This document shows positions 19,671 to 30,118 of a DNA stretch of 64,000 nt, piece by piece. How positions within the stretch are numbered: the first letter of the stretch is position 1; every line of letters starts with the position of its first letter. Position numbers and translations under genes: made by a program. The stretch comes from Oscillospiraceae bacterium. GTDB lineage: Bacteria > Bacillota > Clostridia > Oscillospirales > CAG-272. Location of the stretch: NCBI GenBank assembly GCA_015064845.1, contig SVRL01000003.1, positions 315-64,314 of the forward strand, given 5' to 3'. Under the pieces are notes generated by a model. That model searched no databases and was not told where the DNA came from. It saw nothing but the letters and a program-made list of their open reading frames with translations.

Positions 19671-20822
19671 ATGATGAAAAAACTTTATAAGACATTATGT
19701 CTTGTGCTTGCGCTTTCCGTTTCCATGCTTTTGTTTACGGGCTGTGAAAAAAAGCCCGGCTTGTATGCTTGGTATGGCGGAAAAATGAATGTGGATACGG
19801 TTATGACCATTCGTGTGGATGGCGGCGAAGGAGAAAAGGTTTATGAGGTTCCGTTCGATACCTACCGCGCAGTCTTTCTGTATTTGAAAGCTAATGTTTC
19901 CGATTATATTATGAATGAAGATTCCGAATATACGGGACTTTCGACCGATGCGGAAAAAACGGCGGCAATCAAGGAAGTTGCTGAAAATATTTTGACAGAT
20001 TATTATTGTCTTGTTACACTTTGCGAAAAATATGACATTCGGATTACCGATGAGGACAAGCAGCAGTATTATAACGATACTCAGAAAAAAATTCAGGATT
20101 ATCTGGCTGATATCGATGAAGAAAAAATGGATTTCAAGGGAACCAAGGAAGAATATGCGGCAGAACTTTATAAGAAATCGCTTGCCGTGTTGAACATGAC
20201 ACCCGAATACTTTGAATTTACCTATTACCGTTCTCTTTTGGAACAGCGTTTGAAAAAAGTGATGTCTCCCGATATCGGCGATTATATCAATCAGTCCTAT
20301 TACCATTATGAACAGATTTTGTTCACTTACACAAAGGGAGATGCCGCAGCAGAGGAACAGGCGCGCAAAAATATTTTGAGCGTACAGGAAAAATTGCAAA
20401 GCGGCGCGGAAATGAGCACTGTGGCAAAGGATTATACTCCCCAGAATGCTTACCGTGACATTTATTTCGATATTAACGGAAAAGTTGTCGGTTCTCCCTA
20501 CGGCGAAACGTTGGGCAGTTTTACAAGAGATGCGCTTTGCGCTTTGGATTCCGGCGAATACAGTGAAATTATGTCTGGTGACCAGGATGATTATATCGGC
20601 TATTTTGTAATTCTTCATAAATTGGATATTGATACGGATTATGTATGCGGTACGGATCCTGTTGCAAAATTGATTTACCAGTATCCTTATGTCGGTTCCT
20701 CCAGTTATTCGGCATATTATTCAAAATATAACACAATGCGGGAAAGCTATGTTCAAAACAGTTCTTTGATTCCCGTCAGTGAAAAAGTATACAACCGTAT
20801 TTCCGTGAAAACACTCTATTGA
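19671..20822 (+). CDS. PrsA/SurA-like peptidyl-prolyl isomerase lipoprotein
   Basis: Lipoprotein signal with lipobox LFTGC. C-terminal parvulin-like segment (...YHYEQILF...GYFVILHKL). Confidence 0.78.
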   Translation: MMKKLYKTLCLVLALSVSMLLFTGCEKKPGLYAWYGGKMNVDTVMTIRVDGGEGEKVYEVPFDTYRAVFLYLKANVSDYIMNEDSEYTGLSTDAEKTAAIKEVAENILTDYYCLVTLCEKYDIRITDEDKQQYYNDTQKKIQDYLADIDEEKMDFKGTKEEYAAELYKKSLAVLNMTPEYFEFTYYRSLLEQRLKKVMSPDIGDYINQSYYHYEQILFTYTKGDAAAEEQARKNILSVQEKLQSGAEMSTVAKDYTPQNAYRDIYFDINGKVVGSPYGETLGSFTRDALCALDSGEYSEIMSGDQDDYIGYFVILHKLDIDTDYVCGTDPVAKLIYQYPYVGSSSYSAYYSKYNTMRESYVQNSSLIPVSEKVYNRISVKTLY

Positions 20823-20847
20823 TTTCACAAAAGAAAGGATAACGAAA

Positions 20848-21567
20848 ATGAAAGTATCTTTGGTTATTCCCATGTATAACGAAAGCTCCATCATTGATGA
20901 AGCTTTGCATACGTTTTCATCCTATATGGAGGAGACTTTTGAAGATTGGGAACTGATTTTTGTGGATGACGGTTCTGCTGACGGTTGCGGCAATGCCGTT
21001 TGTCTTGCTCATGAAAAGGACGAGCGTATTCGTCTTTGCCGCTATACTCCCAATCGGGGAAAGGGCTATGCTGTCCGCACGGGTGTTTTGGCGGCGCAAG
21101 GAGATCTGATTCTCTTTACAGACTGTGATAATGCTTACGGAACGGAAGCGCTCGGCACTTTGGCTCAGACGTTTATGCAATCCGATGCGGATATTGTCGT
21201 CGGTTCCCGCAATTTGTCAAAGGATGGATATGAAGGATATACGTTTTTGAGAAAACTGGCTTCCAAAACATATATCAAGATCATTGCCGTTGCGGCAGGC
21301 TTCAAACTTTCCGATTCGCAATGCGGAATCAAAGGTTTCCGTCATGATATTGCCAAAAAGATTTTTTCCAATTGTGAGGTTGACCGTTTTGCTTTCGATC
21401 TGGAAGTCATTATGATCGCAATGAAATTGGGGGCTAAAATTGCGGAAATGCCCGTTAAAATTATCAATCACAGAGAATCTACGGTTCATGTTCTCCGAGA
21501 TTCCGTCAAAATGCTTCGCGATGTCCGCAGCATGAAAAAAAGAATAAAAAAACAGGAAATTCAGTAA
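20848..21567 (+). CDS. family 2 glycosyltransferase (polyprenol-phosphate sugar transferase-like)
   Basis: VSLVIPMYNE...FVDDGSADG...TDCDN motifs (GT-A fold with DxD). Confidence 0.88.
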   Translation: MKVSLVIPMYNESSIIDEALHTFSSYMEETFEDWELIFVDDGSADGCGNAVCLAHEKDERIRLCRYTPNRGKGYAVRTGVLAAQGDLILFTDCDNAYGTEALGTLAQTFMQSDADIVVGSRNLSKDGYEGYTFLRKLASKTYIKIIAVAAGFKLSDSQCGIKGFRHDIAKKIFSNCEVDRFAFDLEVIMIAMKLGAKIAEMPVKIINHRESTVHVLRDSVKMLRDVRSMKKRIKKQEIQ

Positions 21568-21605
21568 GTAAACAAAGCGAATTTTCATGAAAGGAAATTT
21601 CATCA

Positions 21606-24050
21606 ATGAAAAAGATTTTTATAATGCTGGCGGCGCTTCTTCTTACGCTTACAGCGCTTCTGGTCGCCGGTTGTAATAATAACAATTCGGATACCGATGA
21701 AGATAGCGGGTCCAAGCAGATTTATTACAGCAATGACTCTCTTTATGCGTATACATTGAACGATAAAAACGAAGCAACTCTTGTTGGTTATAATGGTAAA
21801 GTTGCAAATCTTGTGCTTAACCGTATTGACGGCAGACAAAAAATCGTTGCCATCGCGAACGATGTATTTACCGGAAATACCTATCTGAAGAGCGTGGAAA
21901 TTGTTTCTCCGATCAAAACTATCGGAGACAATGCTTTTGCTTCCTGCACGTCTTTGCAGTCGGTTACGTTCCGTTCCGGCTCGGTTCTGGAATCCATTGG
22001 AGCAGGTGCTTTCTCCGGTTGTAAAGTTTTGAACACATTTACCATTCCTTCTACTGTTAAGACCATCGGCGATAACGCTTTTTTGAATTGCTATAAGGCA
22101 AGCATTGATTTTTCCGAAGCAACTTCCTTGGAAACCATCGGAGATTATGCATTTTCGTCCTGCGGCATGAATCTGAATTCCACAACGAGCGTGATGATTC
22201 CCGCAAGCTTGAAAGAAATCGGTCAAGGTGCTTTTTACGGTTGCGTTCAGATCCTTTCTTTTGAAGTTGCGGAAGGGAATACTGTCTTTTCAGCGGAAGA
22301 CGGCATTCTTTATAATGCAGACCGTACGGTTCTCGTCCTCTTCCCACCCGCAGCCGGAAAATCCGAAACGTATACGATCCCTGCTCATGTTCGTACGATT
22401 GCGGGAAGTGCGTTTGCAGGTGTTGGTTTGAAGAACATTATCTTGAATGAAGGTTTGGAAGAAATCGGGGGCAATGCTTTCTATAAGGCTTATAAATTGG
22501 AAAGCATTCAGATTCCTGCTACCGTTAAAACCATTGGCAGTTATGCATTCATGGAATGCTCCGCATTGAAAACCGCAAATATTCCCGATAACACCGCGCT
22601 TGGTTTTTATATTTTCCGTAATTGCACGTCTCTTACGTCTGTAACCATGCCTTCTTATATAAAAGAGATTCCGGAAGGTCTTTTTGACTCCTGCTCCGCG
22701 TTGGAAGCAATCACGCTTCCCGAGGGTGTTGAAACGATTGGAATACTTGCGTTCAACTATTGTAAAACGCTCAAGGAAATCAAACTCCCCTCTTCTGTGA
22801 AAACCGTTAAATCCTATGCGTTCCGTAACTGCACAGGACTGACGGAGATGGATCTCTCTTCCGTTACATCGCTCGGTTCTTTTGCTTTTCAGTATTGCGG
22901 CGCATTGAAAAGCGCAGACATCCGTAACGTCACGGAGATTGCTCCTTATGTGTTCAGCGAATGCACGGTTTTGGAATACGTAAACATTCCCAACTCGATT
23001 ACATCGATTGGAAACTATGCATTTTTCGCTTGCGACCATTTGGCTTCTTTTGTAATTCCGGAGACCGTAACGGATTTGGGCGATTATGCATTTGCAAAAT
23101 GCACGGCGCTTTCCGAAATTAAAATTCCCGCTTCGGTTACAAAAATCGGTCAAGGCGTATTTTACGGTTCCGGCATTGTTTCCGCTATCATTGAAGCACC
23201 TATCAAGGCAATTCCCGCTTCTTTCTTTGATTCTTGCACCAAGCTTTCCACCGTGATTTTACCTGAAACGGTTGAGGTGATTTCCATCGGTGCTTTTGCG
23301 GGATGTTCTCAGCTGAAAGAAATTCCTCTTGTCCGTCCGATCAAACATGTGGCTCCCGGTGCATTCACAAACTGCATCAGCTTGAAAAATATTATCATCG
23401 GTACGGAAGATAAGGAAATCGGCGCAGGTACGTTCTACGGTTGTGAATCGTTGGAAGAAATCGTTATTCCCGAAGGCATTATTTCCATTGAATCCTCCGC
23501 TTTTGCCAATTGTGTTTACTTGACATCCGTGACATTCCCTTCTACGTTGGAATATATCGCTTCTCAGGCATTTGCTTCTTGCCAAAAGCTCCCCCGCGTT
23601 TCTTTGCCCGAATCGCTTGACATGATCGGCAACAATGCTTTTGCGAGTTGCACCAAACTGACGAAGATCGATATTCCAAGCAGTGTGGTTTATATCGGCA
23701 GAAATGCTTTTAACGGTACAAACTGGTTGAAAGCGCAGTCAAATGAAACCTTTATTGTAGCAGGCGACGGTATTTTGGTTCAATATAACGGAAACGACGC
23801 CAACATTGTCATTCCCGATACGGTAAAACGCATTCCCGCCTACCGTTTTGCCTCTCTTTCGACTGAACCGAAATCTTTTACGATTCCGTCTTCCGTTCAG
23901 TATATTTCCATGGATGCTTTTTCTAAAAGGGTGGAAACTTCCGAAAGTTATTATTATGAAAAACGCTACATTACCATCATCGGACGTAAAGGTACGTATG
24001 CGGAAACTTTTGCAAATCACGAATACTACACGTTTGAAGCCATCAAATAA
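21606..24050 (+). CDS. BspA-type leucine-rich-repeat surface lipoprotein
   Basis: Lipobox LVAGC. Roughly 30 tandem ~23-aa units of the form IPxSVxxIGxxAFxxCxxLxxI. Confidence 0.88.
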   Translation: MKKIFIMLAALLLTLTALLVAGCNNNNSDTDEDSGSKQIYYSNDSLYAYTLNDKNEATLVGYNGKVANLVLNRIDGRQKIVAIANDVFTGNTYLKSVEIVSPIKTIGDNAFASCTSLQSVTFRSGSVLESIGAGAFSGCKVLNTFTIPSTVKTIGDNAFLNCYKASIDFSEATSLETIGDYAFSSCGMNLNSTTSVMIPASLKEIGQGAFYGCVQILSFEVAEGNTVFSAEDGILYNADRTVLVLFPPAAGKSETYTIPAHVRTIAGSAFAGVGLKNIILNEGLEEIGGNAFYKAYKLESIQIPATVKTIGSYAFMECSALKTANIPDNTALGFYIFRNCTSLTSVTMPSYIKEIPEGLFDSCSALEAITLPEGVETIGILAFNYCKTLKEIKLPSSVKTVKSYAFRNCTGLTEMDLSSVTSLGSFAFQYCGALKSADIRNVTEIAPYVFSECTVLEYVNIPNSITSIGNYAFFACDHLASFVIPETVTDLGDYAFAKCTALSEIKIPASVTKIGQGVFYGSGIVSAIIEAPIKAIPASFFDSCTKLSTVILPETVEVISIGAFAGCSQLKEIPLVRPIKHVAPGAFTNCISLKNIIIGTEDKEIGAGTFYGCESLEEIVIPEGIISIESSAFANCVYLTSVTFPSTLEYIASQAFASCQKLPRVSLPESLDMIGNNAFASCTKLTKIDIPSSVVYIGRNAFNGTNWLKAQSNETFIVAGDGILVQYNGNDANIVIPDTVKRIPAYRFASLSTEPKSFTIPSSVQYISMDAFSKRVETSESYYYEKRYITIIGRKGTYAETFANHEYYTFEAIK

Positions 24051-24062
24051 TTAAAAATAAAA

Positions 24063-24105
24063 AACCGATAGATTTCTCGGGGAATATCCCGAGAGTCTAT
24101 CGGTT
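24063..24105. terminator. bidirectional terminator between convergent genes
   Basis: AACCGATAGA (24063-24072) / TCTATCGGTT (24096-24105) with an A-run before and T-rich sequence after. Confidence 0.75.
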
Positions 24106-24111
24106 CTTATT

Positions 24112-24546
24112 TTAAATTGTAGTTTCTCCGATTACACAGATTTCGTTTTCTTTCAGAAGCGCGGCGGTTATGCCGTCGCCGTGGGTAAGCGTTTTGGAAA
24201 AAGTACCGTCGTAAATTCTGCCGCAACCGCAGGACGGACTTTTTTCTTTCAGCAAAGCAAGCTTGCAATGGAAAAGCTCTGCAAGGCGAAGCGCTTCTTC
24301 AGCGCCCTTTCGGTAGTTTTCCGTTACATCCACTCCGTCTGAACGCAAAACCCTGCGGTCGGACTGAATTTCTGCGGGAATTCTCGGTGTTGGCAGTCCG
24401 CCCATGATTTCGGGGCAGATCGGAATCAGATGATATTGCTTTTGTAATTGCTCAATAACGGTAGGGGGCAGAGGCTTTCGGCAACCGTCATATCGGCAGG
24501 CAACACCGAGCAGACACGCGCTGATCAATATATTTTCCATGATCAA
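24112..24546 (-). CDS. DUF523-family protein (TudS/YbbK-like, Fe-S thiouracil-desulfidase family)
   Basis: ILISACLLGVACRYDG...SPSCG cysteine pattern typical of DUF523. An alternative start lies at 24540. Confidence 0.85.
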   Translation of the reverse strand: MIMENILISACLLGVACRYDGCRKPLPPTVIEQLQKQYHLIPICPEIMGGLPTPRIPAEIQSDRRVLRSDGVDVTENYRKGAEEALRLAELFHCKLALLKEKSPSCGCGRIYDGTFSKTLTHGDGITAALLKENEICVIGETTI

Positions 24547-24563
24547 TCTCTATCAAGTTGTGT

Positions 24564-25955
24564 TTACTGATTGAATACATTTGTAGAAGTAACTTCTATT
24601 TCCATTCCGATTTGCTGATAACCGGTGTGGGCATATCCCTTTGCCAACGTATGGTTTTCAATTTTCACGATACTGCCGTTTTCTACGGTAACAGTAATGG
24701 TTTGCACAATGCTTTTGGTCTTACCGCTGTAAGCTTCAAAAATGGCATCGTATGCAGAACTTTCGGGTTGATGACATTGAATTTCGTATACACCGTCGCT
24801 CTTTTTTGTGAGAGTGGAAACGTAATCCGCGGAATATTTTGCTGTGTTGATCAAGCCGCTGATATAGGCTTTTGCTTCATCTTCGGTTTGGCTGACGGTC
24901 TGTTCTTGTCCGGAAACAAGGATGGTTTGTTTTCCGTTTGCATAAGAAATTTCAAAGTTTTCCGAACCGGCGGTTGCAGTTGCATTGTAGAAATATGCGC
25001 CGTTCTTTTTACCGTACGTTACGGTATCTTGTTCGGAGTAAAGCTGGCTTTGATTCAAGGTAGGAATGGAGACTTTTTGAGTCATGTTCAAAGTAAAAGA
25101 GCCGTCTGTTTTTTCTTCGAGGGCTTCGAGCATATCCTCAATTTCATAAATCAATGTGCAATCTTCAATTTCCGTATATTCTTCGGGATTCAGCGTATCT
25201 GTGATGAGGGTTACTGAATTATAGTTGGAATACTGTGTGGAAATTTCAAAGGATGGAGTGGGAGAACCGTCCGGTTCATCAAAAATGAATTTGATTTTCA
25301 TTTCCTTTACGCGGAATTTCGAATCCGCAACAATGGAAACTTCCATATCCTGTACGTCAAAATCGAATCCCGCATCGTTCATGCCGAAGGTTTCGAGCAT
25401 TTCATCCATGGTCTTTTTGGTATAACCGGAATATTGCAAGGACCATGTGCCGTCTTCATTCTGAGCGAAAGAAGCATTTGTGCAATCGTTGAAATCGATA
25501 TCGTCAGTATCGTTATTTTTTCCTTCGCGGTAAGCGATGTGTTCCTCTTTTGTCAAGGGTGAATAAATTTTTTGATTGCGTTCATCACTTTCCAAAGAAA
25601 CAAACATTTTTCCGTCATGGAAAGCTTCTATGCTTTTTTCATGCATAATTTCATTAAATATATTGGGAAGCATGCCGGATTTCTTGAGCGAGAATTCGGA
25701 AGATGAATAATAGTAGTAATCATTGCTGTTCAGCCCCGAAAGGATGCTGTTCATTGTGATATCCATGGCAAATTGCACGCCCGATACGGTAAGAGATAAG
25801 GTGCCAGTACCGCTGGTTTCATAGGCGTCGAGTTTATCCATGGCTTTATTCATTTTATTCCAAAGTTCTTCTGCACTTTTGGGTTTGGAATTACAGGACG
25901 TGAAAAACATCGTGAAAAGGCAAATTGTCAGTAAAATGGTTAAAAATTTTTTCAT
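24564..25955 (-). CDS. hypothetical lipoprotein
   Basis: Signal peptide with lipobox FTSC. 463 aa with no recognised domain. Confidence 0.8.
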   Translation of the reverse strand: MKKFLTILLTICLFTMFFTSCNSKPKSAEELWNKMNKAMDKLDAYETSGTGTLSLTVSGVQFAMDITMNSILSGLNSNDYYYYSSSEFSLKKSGMLPNIFNEIMHEKSIEAFHDGKMFVSLESDERNQKIYSPLTKEEHIAYREGKNNDTDDIDFNDCTNASFAQNEDGTWSLQYSGYTKKTMDEMLETFGMNDAGFDFDVQDMEVSIVADSKFRVKEMKIKFIFDEPDGSPTPSFEISTQYSNYNSVTLITDTLNPEEYTEIEDCTLIYEIEDMLEALEEKTDGSFTLNMTQKVSIPTLNQSQLYSEQDTVTYGKKNGAYFYNATATAGSENFEISYANGKQTILVSGQEQTVSQTEDEAKAYISGLINTAKYSADYVSTLTKKSDGVYEIQCHQPESSAYDAIFEAYSGKTKSIVQTITVTVENGSIVKIENHTLAKGYAHTGYQQIGMEIEVTSTNVFNQ

Positions 25956-26146
25956 TGATAAAAACCTCCTTATTTTATTATGTATATTATACTATAAATC
26001 GTAACAAATGTCAATATGGTTGTGTATTTATATTATATATAAACTCAATTTCTGAGTAAATGCCGAAAAATTCGGCTATATACTATTTACAAAAACGGAA
26101 TATTGTGATATACTGTATATGAAATCTTTTATGGATTTCGGAAAGG

Positions 26147-26593
26147 GTGATTTTTTTGCAAACGATGGCTTACATATGGCTTGGCGTGATTGTTCTGGCA
26201 ATCATTGCGGAAGCTTCCACGGTCAATTTGATCTCCATTTGGTTTGTGCCTTCCGCTTGTATTGCCATGATTCTTGCGCTTTGCAATGTATCTCTTTGGA
26301 TTCAGTTGGTCGTATTTTTCATAACCTTCCTCCTTCTGATGATTTTCATCAAGCCCTTGGTAAAAAAATGCTTTCGCGTGAAACCTGTTGCTACCAATGC
26401 GGACACTGTAATCGGATTGGATGCGGTTGTGCTGGAACCCATCAACAATCTGGAAGCAAAGGGACAAGTGAAAGTGCGCGGACAGGTCTGGTCGGCGCGT
26501 TCCTCCGAGGAAGCGGTTACTTACGCCGAAGGCGAGATCGTTCGGGTTCTTTCCATTGAAGGCGTGAAACTGATCTGTGAAAAGAAAATTTAA
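26147..26593 (+). CDS. NfeD-family membrane protein
   Basis: N-terminal TM helices plus a C-terminal OB-like segment (GQVKVRGQVWSARS...GEIVRVLSIEG). The start is ambiguous (GTG 26147, TTG 26156 or ATG 26165). Paired with the downstream SPFH gene. Confidence 0.8.
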   Translation: MIFLQTMAYIWLGVIVLAIIAEASTVNLISIWFVPSACIAMILALCNVSLWIQLVVFFITFLLLMIFIKPLVKKCFRVKPVATNADTVIGLDAVVLEPINNLEAKGQVKVRGQVWSARSSEEAVTYAEGEIVRVLSIEGVKLICEKKI

Positions 26594-26620
26594 TTTATAA
26601 ATAAGAAAGGAATTTTTATT

Positions 26621-27568
26621 ATGGGACCTTTAGGCACTATTTTGTTGGTAATTGCAATCCTTACGGTTGTAATTGTAATTTCTTGTATTAAAATCGTTCC
26701 TCAAGCGAATGCTTATGTCATTGAAAGACTCGGCACATATCATGCTACGTGGACGACAGGCCCTCATTTCAAAGCGCCTTTCATTGACCGAATCGCAAAG
26801 AAAATCAGTCTGATGGAGCAGGTTGCCGATTTCCCTCCGCAACCGGTTATTACGAAAGACAATGTTAAAATGCAGATCGATACCGTTATCTTTTTCCAGA
26901 TCACGGACTGCAAAATGTATTCTTACGGGGTGCAGTCTCCGATGTCTGCCATTGAAAACCTGACGGCAACAACCCTCCGTAACATCATTGGCGATCTTGA
27001 ATTGGACAGCACTTTGACTTCACGCGATATCATCAATACGAAGATGCGTTCCATTCTGGATGAAGCGACGGACCCTTGGGGCATTAAGGTCAACCGTGTT
27101 GAATTGAAGAATATCATGCCTCCCCGCGAAATTCAGGACGCGATGGAAAAACAGATGAAAGCGGAACGCGAACGCCGCGAACTGATTCTCCGTGCAGAGG
27201 GTGAAAAGAACTCTACTGTCCTCGTTGCGGAAGGTAAAAAACAGGCGATGATTCTGGATGCGGAAGCGCAGAAGCAGAGACAGATTCTTCTTGCGGAAGC
27301 GGAAAAGGAATCCCGTATCCGTCAGGCAGAAGGTGAAGCAGAAGCAATTCTCAAGGTACAGGAAGCAACCGCAGCAGGTATCAAGCTCATCAATGAAGCG
27401 GCTCCTTCCGATAAGGTAATCGCAATCAAGAGTTTGGAAGCGTTTGAAAAAGCCGCTGACGGCAAGGCGACCAAGATCATTATCCCCAGCGAAATTCAAT
27501 CTCTGGCAGGACTTGCGGCAAGCCTCAAGGAATTGACCTCTGCCGATGAAACAAACGTAAACAATTGA
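26621..27568 (+). CDS. SPFH/band-7 (stomatin/HflC-like) protein
   Basis: N-terminal TM, an SPFH core, and a coiled-coil AEAEKE-rich region. Confidence 0.9.
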   Translation: MGPLGTILLVIAILTVVIVISCIKIVPQANAYVIERLGTYHATWTTGPHFKAPFIDRIAKKISLMEQVADFPPQPVITKDNVKMQIDTVIFFQITDCKMYSYGVQSPMSAIENLTATTLRNIIGDLELDSTLTSRDIINTKMRSILDEATDPWGIKVNRVELKNIMPPREIQDAMEKQMKAERERRELILRAEGEKNSTVLVAEGKKQAMILDAEAQKQRQILLAEAEKESRIRQAEGEAEAILKVQEATAAGIKLINEAAPSDKVIAIKSLEAFEKAADGKATKIIIPSEIQSLAGLAASLKELTSADETNVNN

Positions 27569-27572
27569 ATAT

Positions 27573-27679
27573 AAAAAGTGGGCAACGCCCACTCGAAGTT
27601 GCTCGCCTATCCCCAAGTTTTTCTTATATCGAAACAATGCAAACGGCGAGGTTTAAATTGCGTAATTTCCTATAGTATA
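27573..27679 (-). repeat. intergenic element copy C (inverted orientation)
   Basis: The reverse complement is almost identical to copy A1 over about 85 nt. Its terminal hairpin is AGTGGGCgttGCCCACT, against AGTGGGTgttACCCACT in A1. Confidence 0.85.
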
Positions 27680-27718
27680 AAAAATTCCGAACACGGTTTT
27701 GTGTTCGGAATTTTTGTC

Positions 27719-28693
27719 TTAAGGAAGTTTATTCAGACGATGGAAAGCTTCGGCAAACGGTTTGATATCGGGTTCTCCGTGGAGAGCCTCGTAATCTTCT
27801 CCGAGATAGCAAGCAAAGCAGGAAATATCGCGGAATCCGAGATCGGCATAATAATCAAAATCCGCGTGAATGACTTTTTCGTCGGGGGTGAATGCCTTGG
27901 GCGGTTTTGTCCAATTGGAAAACAGGGAATTATCCAACCAATAGTCCAATACTTTGGCGGTTTCTTGTCCGAAAAATTGAATCAGCTCTTTGATGTATTG
28001 ATTCTGACTCTTGTTTTTTTCGTTTTCGGCGCAGGAAAGCGGTGTATGATGGTCGCGGTCAATGGGTGCATATTCAAGGAAAAGTCCTTCTGCGGGCTTG
28101 ATTTTTTTCGGAGGTGTCAGCGTGCTGTAATATGCAAGATAAGCAAGTTCGGCTTCGGGATCCACCTTTTTGATTTCTTCCAGCATACGGTTCATAATGA
28201 TGAGCTGTTGGTCTGCGGCTGAAAGCTCCGCGCATTTTGGGCAATGGCATGCGGCATCGGGTGCATCGTCAAGCCAAAAGAAATAGCGATGAGAGGAACG
28301 GTATAATTTTTTGACCGTTTCCGCCGCGCGCTTGGCGATGAAATCAAGAGCGTCTTCATTGGAAGCACAACAGTTGATTTTTGGCGTGCGTTCGCCTTTT
28401 TCATTCATACGAAACCAATCGGGATGTTTTTCAAATTCGGATGCGGGTAAAAAATAGCGTGCGGCATGCATTTCATATTCAATTTGCAAGCCTTTTTCGA
28501 TGGCTTCATCAATCAATTGACGGTATTCGGATGTTTCCAGAAGATCAAGCATGGCTTTCATTGTCAGCGGCGAACGATAGCCGCCGACGGGATGGAGCGC
28601 AAGCGTAGGAATTTTCAAATCTGCGCAACGGTCAATCCATTTGCGATTGAACTCTTCGGGATGAATCAAAAGAGAAGCAGTATTGATTTTCAT
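27719..28693 (-). CDS. hypothetical protein, glycoside-hydrolase-like TIM-barrel suspected (possibly DUF4838-like)
   Basis: 324-aa ORF. A hairpin AATTCCGAACAC/GTGTTCGGAATT lies just downstream of its stop (27683-27714). The family call is weak. Confidence 0.7.
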   Translation of the reverse strand: MKINTASLLIHPEEFNRKWIDRCADLKIPTLALHPVGGYRSPLTMKAMLDLLETSEYRQLIDEAIEKGLQIEYEMHAARYFLPASEFEKHPDWFRMNEKGERTPKINCCASNEDALDFIAKRAAETVKKLYRSSHRYFFWLDDAPDAACHCPKCAELSAADQQLIIMNRMLEEIKKVDPEAELAYLAYYSTLTPPKKIKPAEGLFLEYAPIDRDHHTPLSCAENEKNKSQNQYIKELIQFFGQETAKVLDYWLDNSLFSNWTKPPKAFTPDEKVIHADFDYYADLGFRDISCFACYLGEDYEALHGEPDIKPFAEAFHRLNKLP

Positions 28694-28729
28694 GGCAAAA
28701 TCCTTTCTGTATTTGGGCGTATTATTCCC

Positions 28730-30118
28730 CTATTTCTTTTTTCTTTTGAAAATAAAACTTCGGAAAAGAATCAAATTCAAAACAAGGAAGAAACCAATTA
28801 AGATAAAGAATGTCAGGATGGGTTCTTTGGGCGCGAGGGTGGCAAGAATCATCAGTGGAAGTCCGAAAACAATGGCGGGGAAGTTTTGGTAAACCATATT
28901 ATCTGAAGCAGGCGTTTTGAATTCGCCGTCGATCTCACGGAGCAGAATGGTGCCCGTACTTGCGGTTCCCGTCAACATACCGTACATCATCATGAACTGT
29001 TCTTCACAATATGCCGGGAAAAGCGCTTTTGCAACCAATCGGTTATAGAAATAGGTAACGATGAATCCGGCAACGCCGAGGATGACCATGATTCCCCAAT
29101 AGCTTTTGAGGATGCCCAGACGAATGGCGGCAATACCCGCTACGACCATGAGATCGAAAAAGAAATTGCTGACACGAGTCATCAGGAAGTCATTGATATA
29201 TTCTCTTTTAGAAAGGGAACATTTTTGCAGAAGCTTTAATACCTGTTTGATCAACATGGCGGAAAGTACGCCGACCAGGAAGTTGAAACCGTAAATTACG
29301 GAGCGCATTCCCGGGATCAATACGCCAAGCCAAAAGATGATGAGATATGTGAGCAGATAGGCAATCATGACGAATGCGATTTCAAACGTCATTTTTTCCA
29401 TGCTGCCCTGCATGGGAATCTCGTTTTTGGTTTGGATAATGTCTGTCAGAGCAATATCTTCGCTTTGAGAAGCACTGTTGAGGATTTTTTTCCTTTTGTG
29501 TTTGAGTATTTGCAAATGGATGACACCGCCAAAGCTGGCGCAAATGAAACCGACTGCAGCGATGGTAAGCCCAAAGGTTTTTCCTCCCACAAAGCCGTGT
29601 TCGATTTCATAAATATTGCCGTAGTTCATTGCTTGTCCCGTTCCTTGACCGAAACCGAATGCAAGGAGAAGTCCCCCCGCGGCAAAGAAATCTTTGATGA
29701 TCATTGCCGCAACGATGGTAATTCCCATGCCGACAACACCTTGTAAAAGATAAGTGGAAACCGTGGTAACGCCCGTATTGAAGATTTCGGATGCGCGTTG
29801 CTTGGATAATTTTCCTTTCGAACTTTTGAACGTTGAAGCAATGAAGCCCAATGCCAAAGTATGATAGGTAATGATTTCAAGCGTCTGATAACCGTTTTCG
29901 GCAAAAAATTTCGTTTCGAACATGGGCGTTTTTGAGAAAATGTCGTAAACGCCTGCAATCACAAGCAAGATCGTTCCGCCGAGTACGGAGGTCGGAATCA
30001 GCGATTTTTCAAGGAAGCTGATTTTTCTTTTTAACATATTAGCTGTCAGCAAGCTGAGGAGCAGGACTGCAATCAGATTGATCGTTCCCCAAACTTTATA
30101 ATCCCAAAAATTTTCCAT
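28730..30118 (-). CDS. sodium/glutamate symporter-like transporter (GltS family)
   Basis: 462 aa, polytopic, with a GltS-like N-terminus (...SLIPTSVLGGTILLV). RBS AAAGGAGA. Confidence 0.78.
   Translation of the reverse strand: MENFWDYKVWGTINLIAVLLLSLLTANMLKRKISFLEKSLIPTSVLGGTILLVIAGVYDIFSKTPMFETKFFAENGYQTLEIITYHTLALGFIASTFKSSKGKLSKQRASEIFNTGVTTVSTYLLQGVVGMGITIVAAMIIKDFFAAGGLLLAFGFGQGTGQAMNYGNIYEIEHGFVGGKTFGLTIAAVGFICASFGGVIHLQILKHKRKKILNSASQSEDIALTDIIQTKNEIPMQGSMEKMTFEIAFVMIAYLLTYLIIFWLGVLIPGMRSVIYGFNFLVGVLSAMLIKQVLKLLQKCSLSKREYINDFLMTRVSNFFFDLMVVAGIAAIRLGILKSYWGIMVILGVAGFIVTYFYNRLVAKALFPAYCEEQFMMMYGMLTGTASTGTILLREIDGEFKTPASDNMVYQNFPAIVFGLPLMILATLAPKEPILTFFILIGFFLVLNLILFRSFIFKRKKK

Noticed and set aside
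21606-24050. Regular ~69-nt periodicity, considered as a possible CRISPR or tandem DNA repeat
   Set aside because: The periodicity is at the protein level (LRR units of about 23 aa within one continuous ORF). The repeats are divergent at the DNA level and there is no spacer/repeat architecture.
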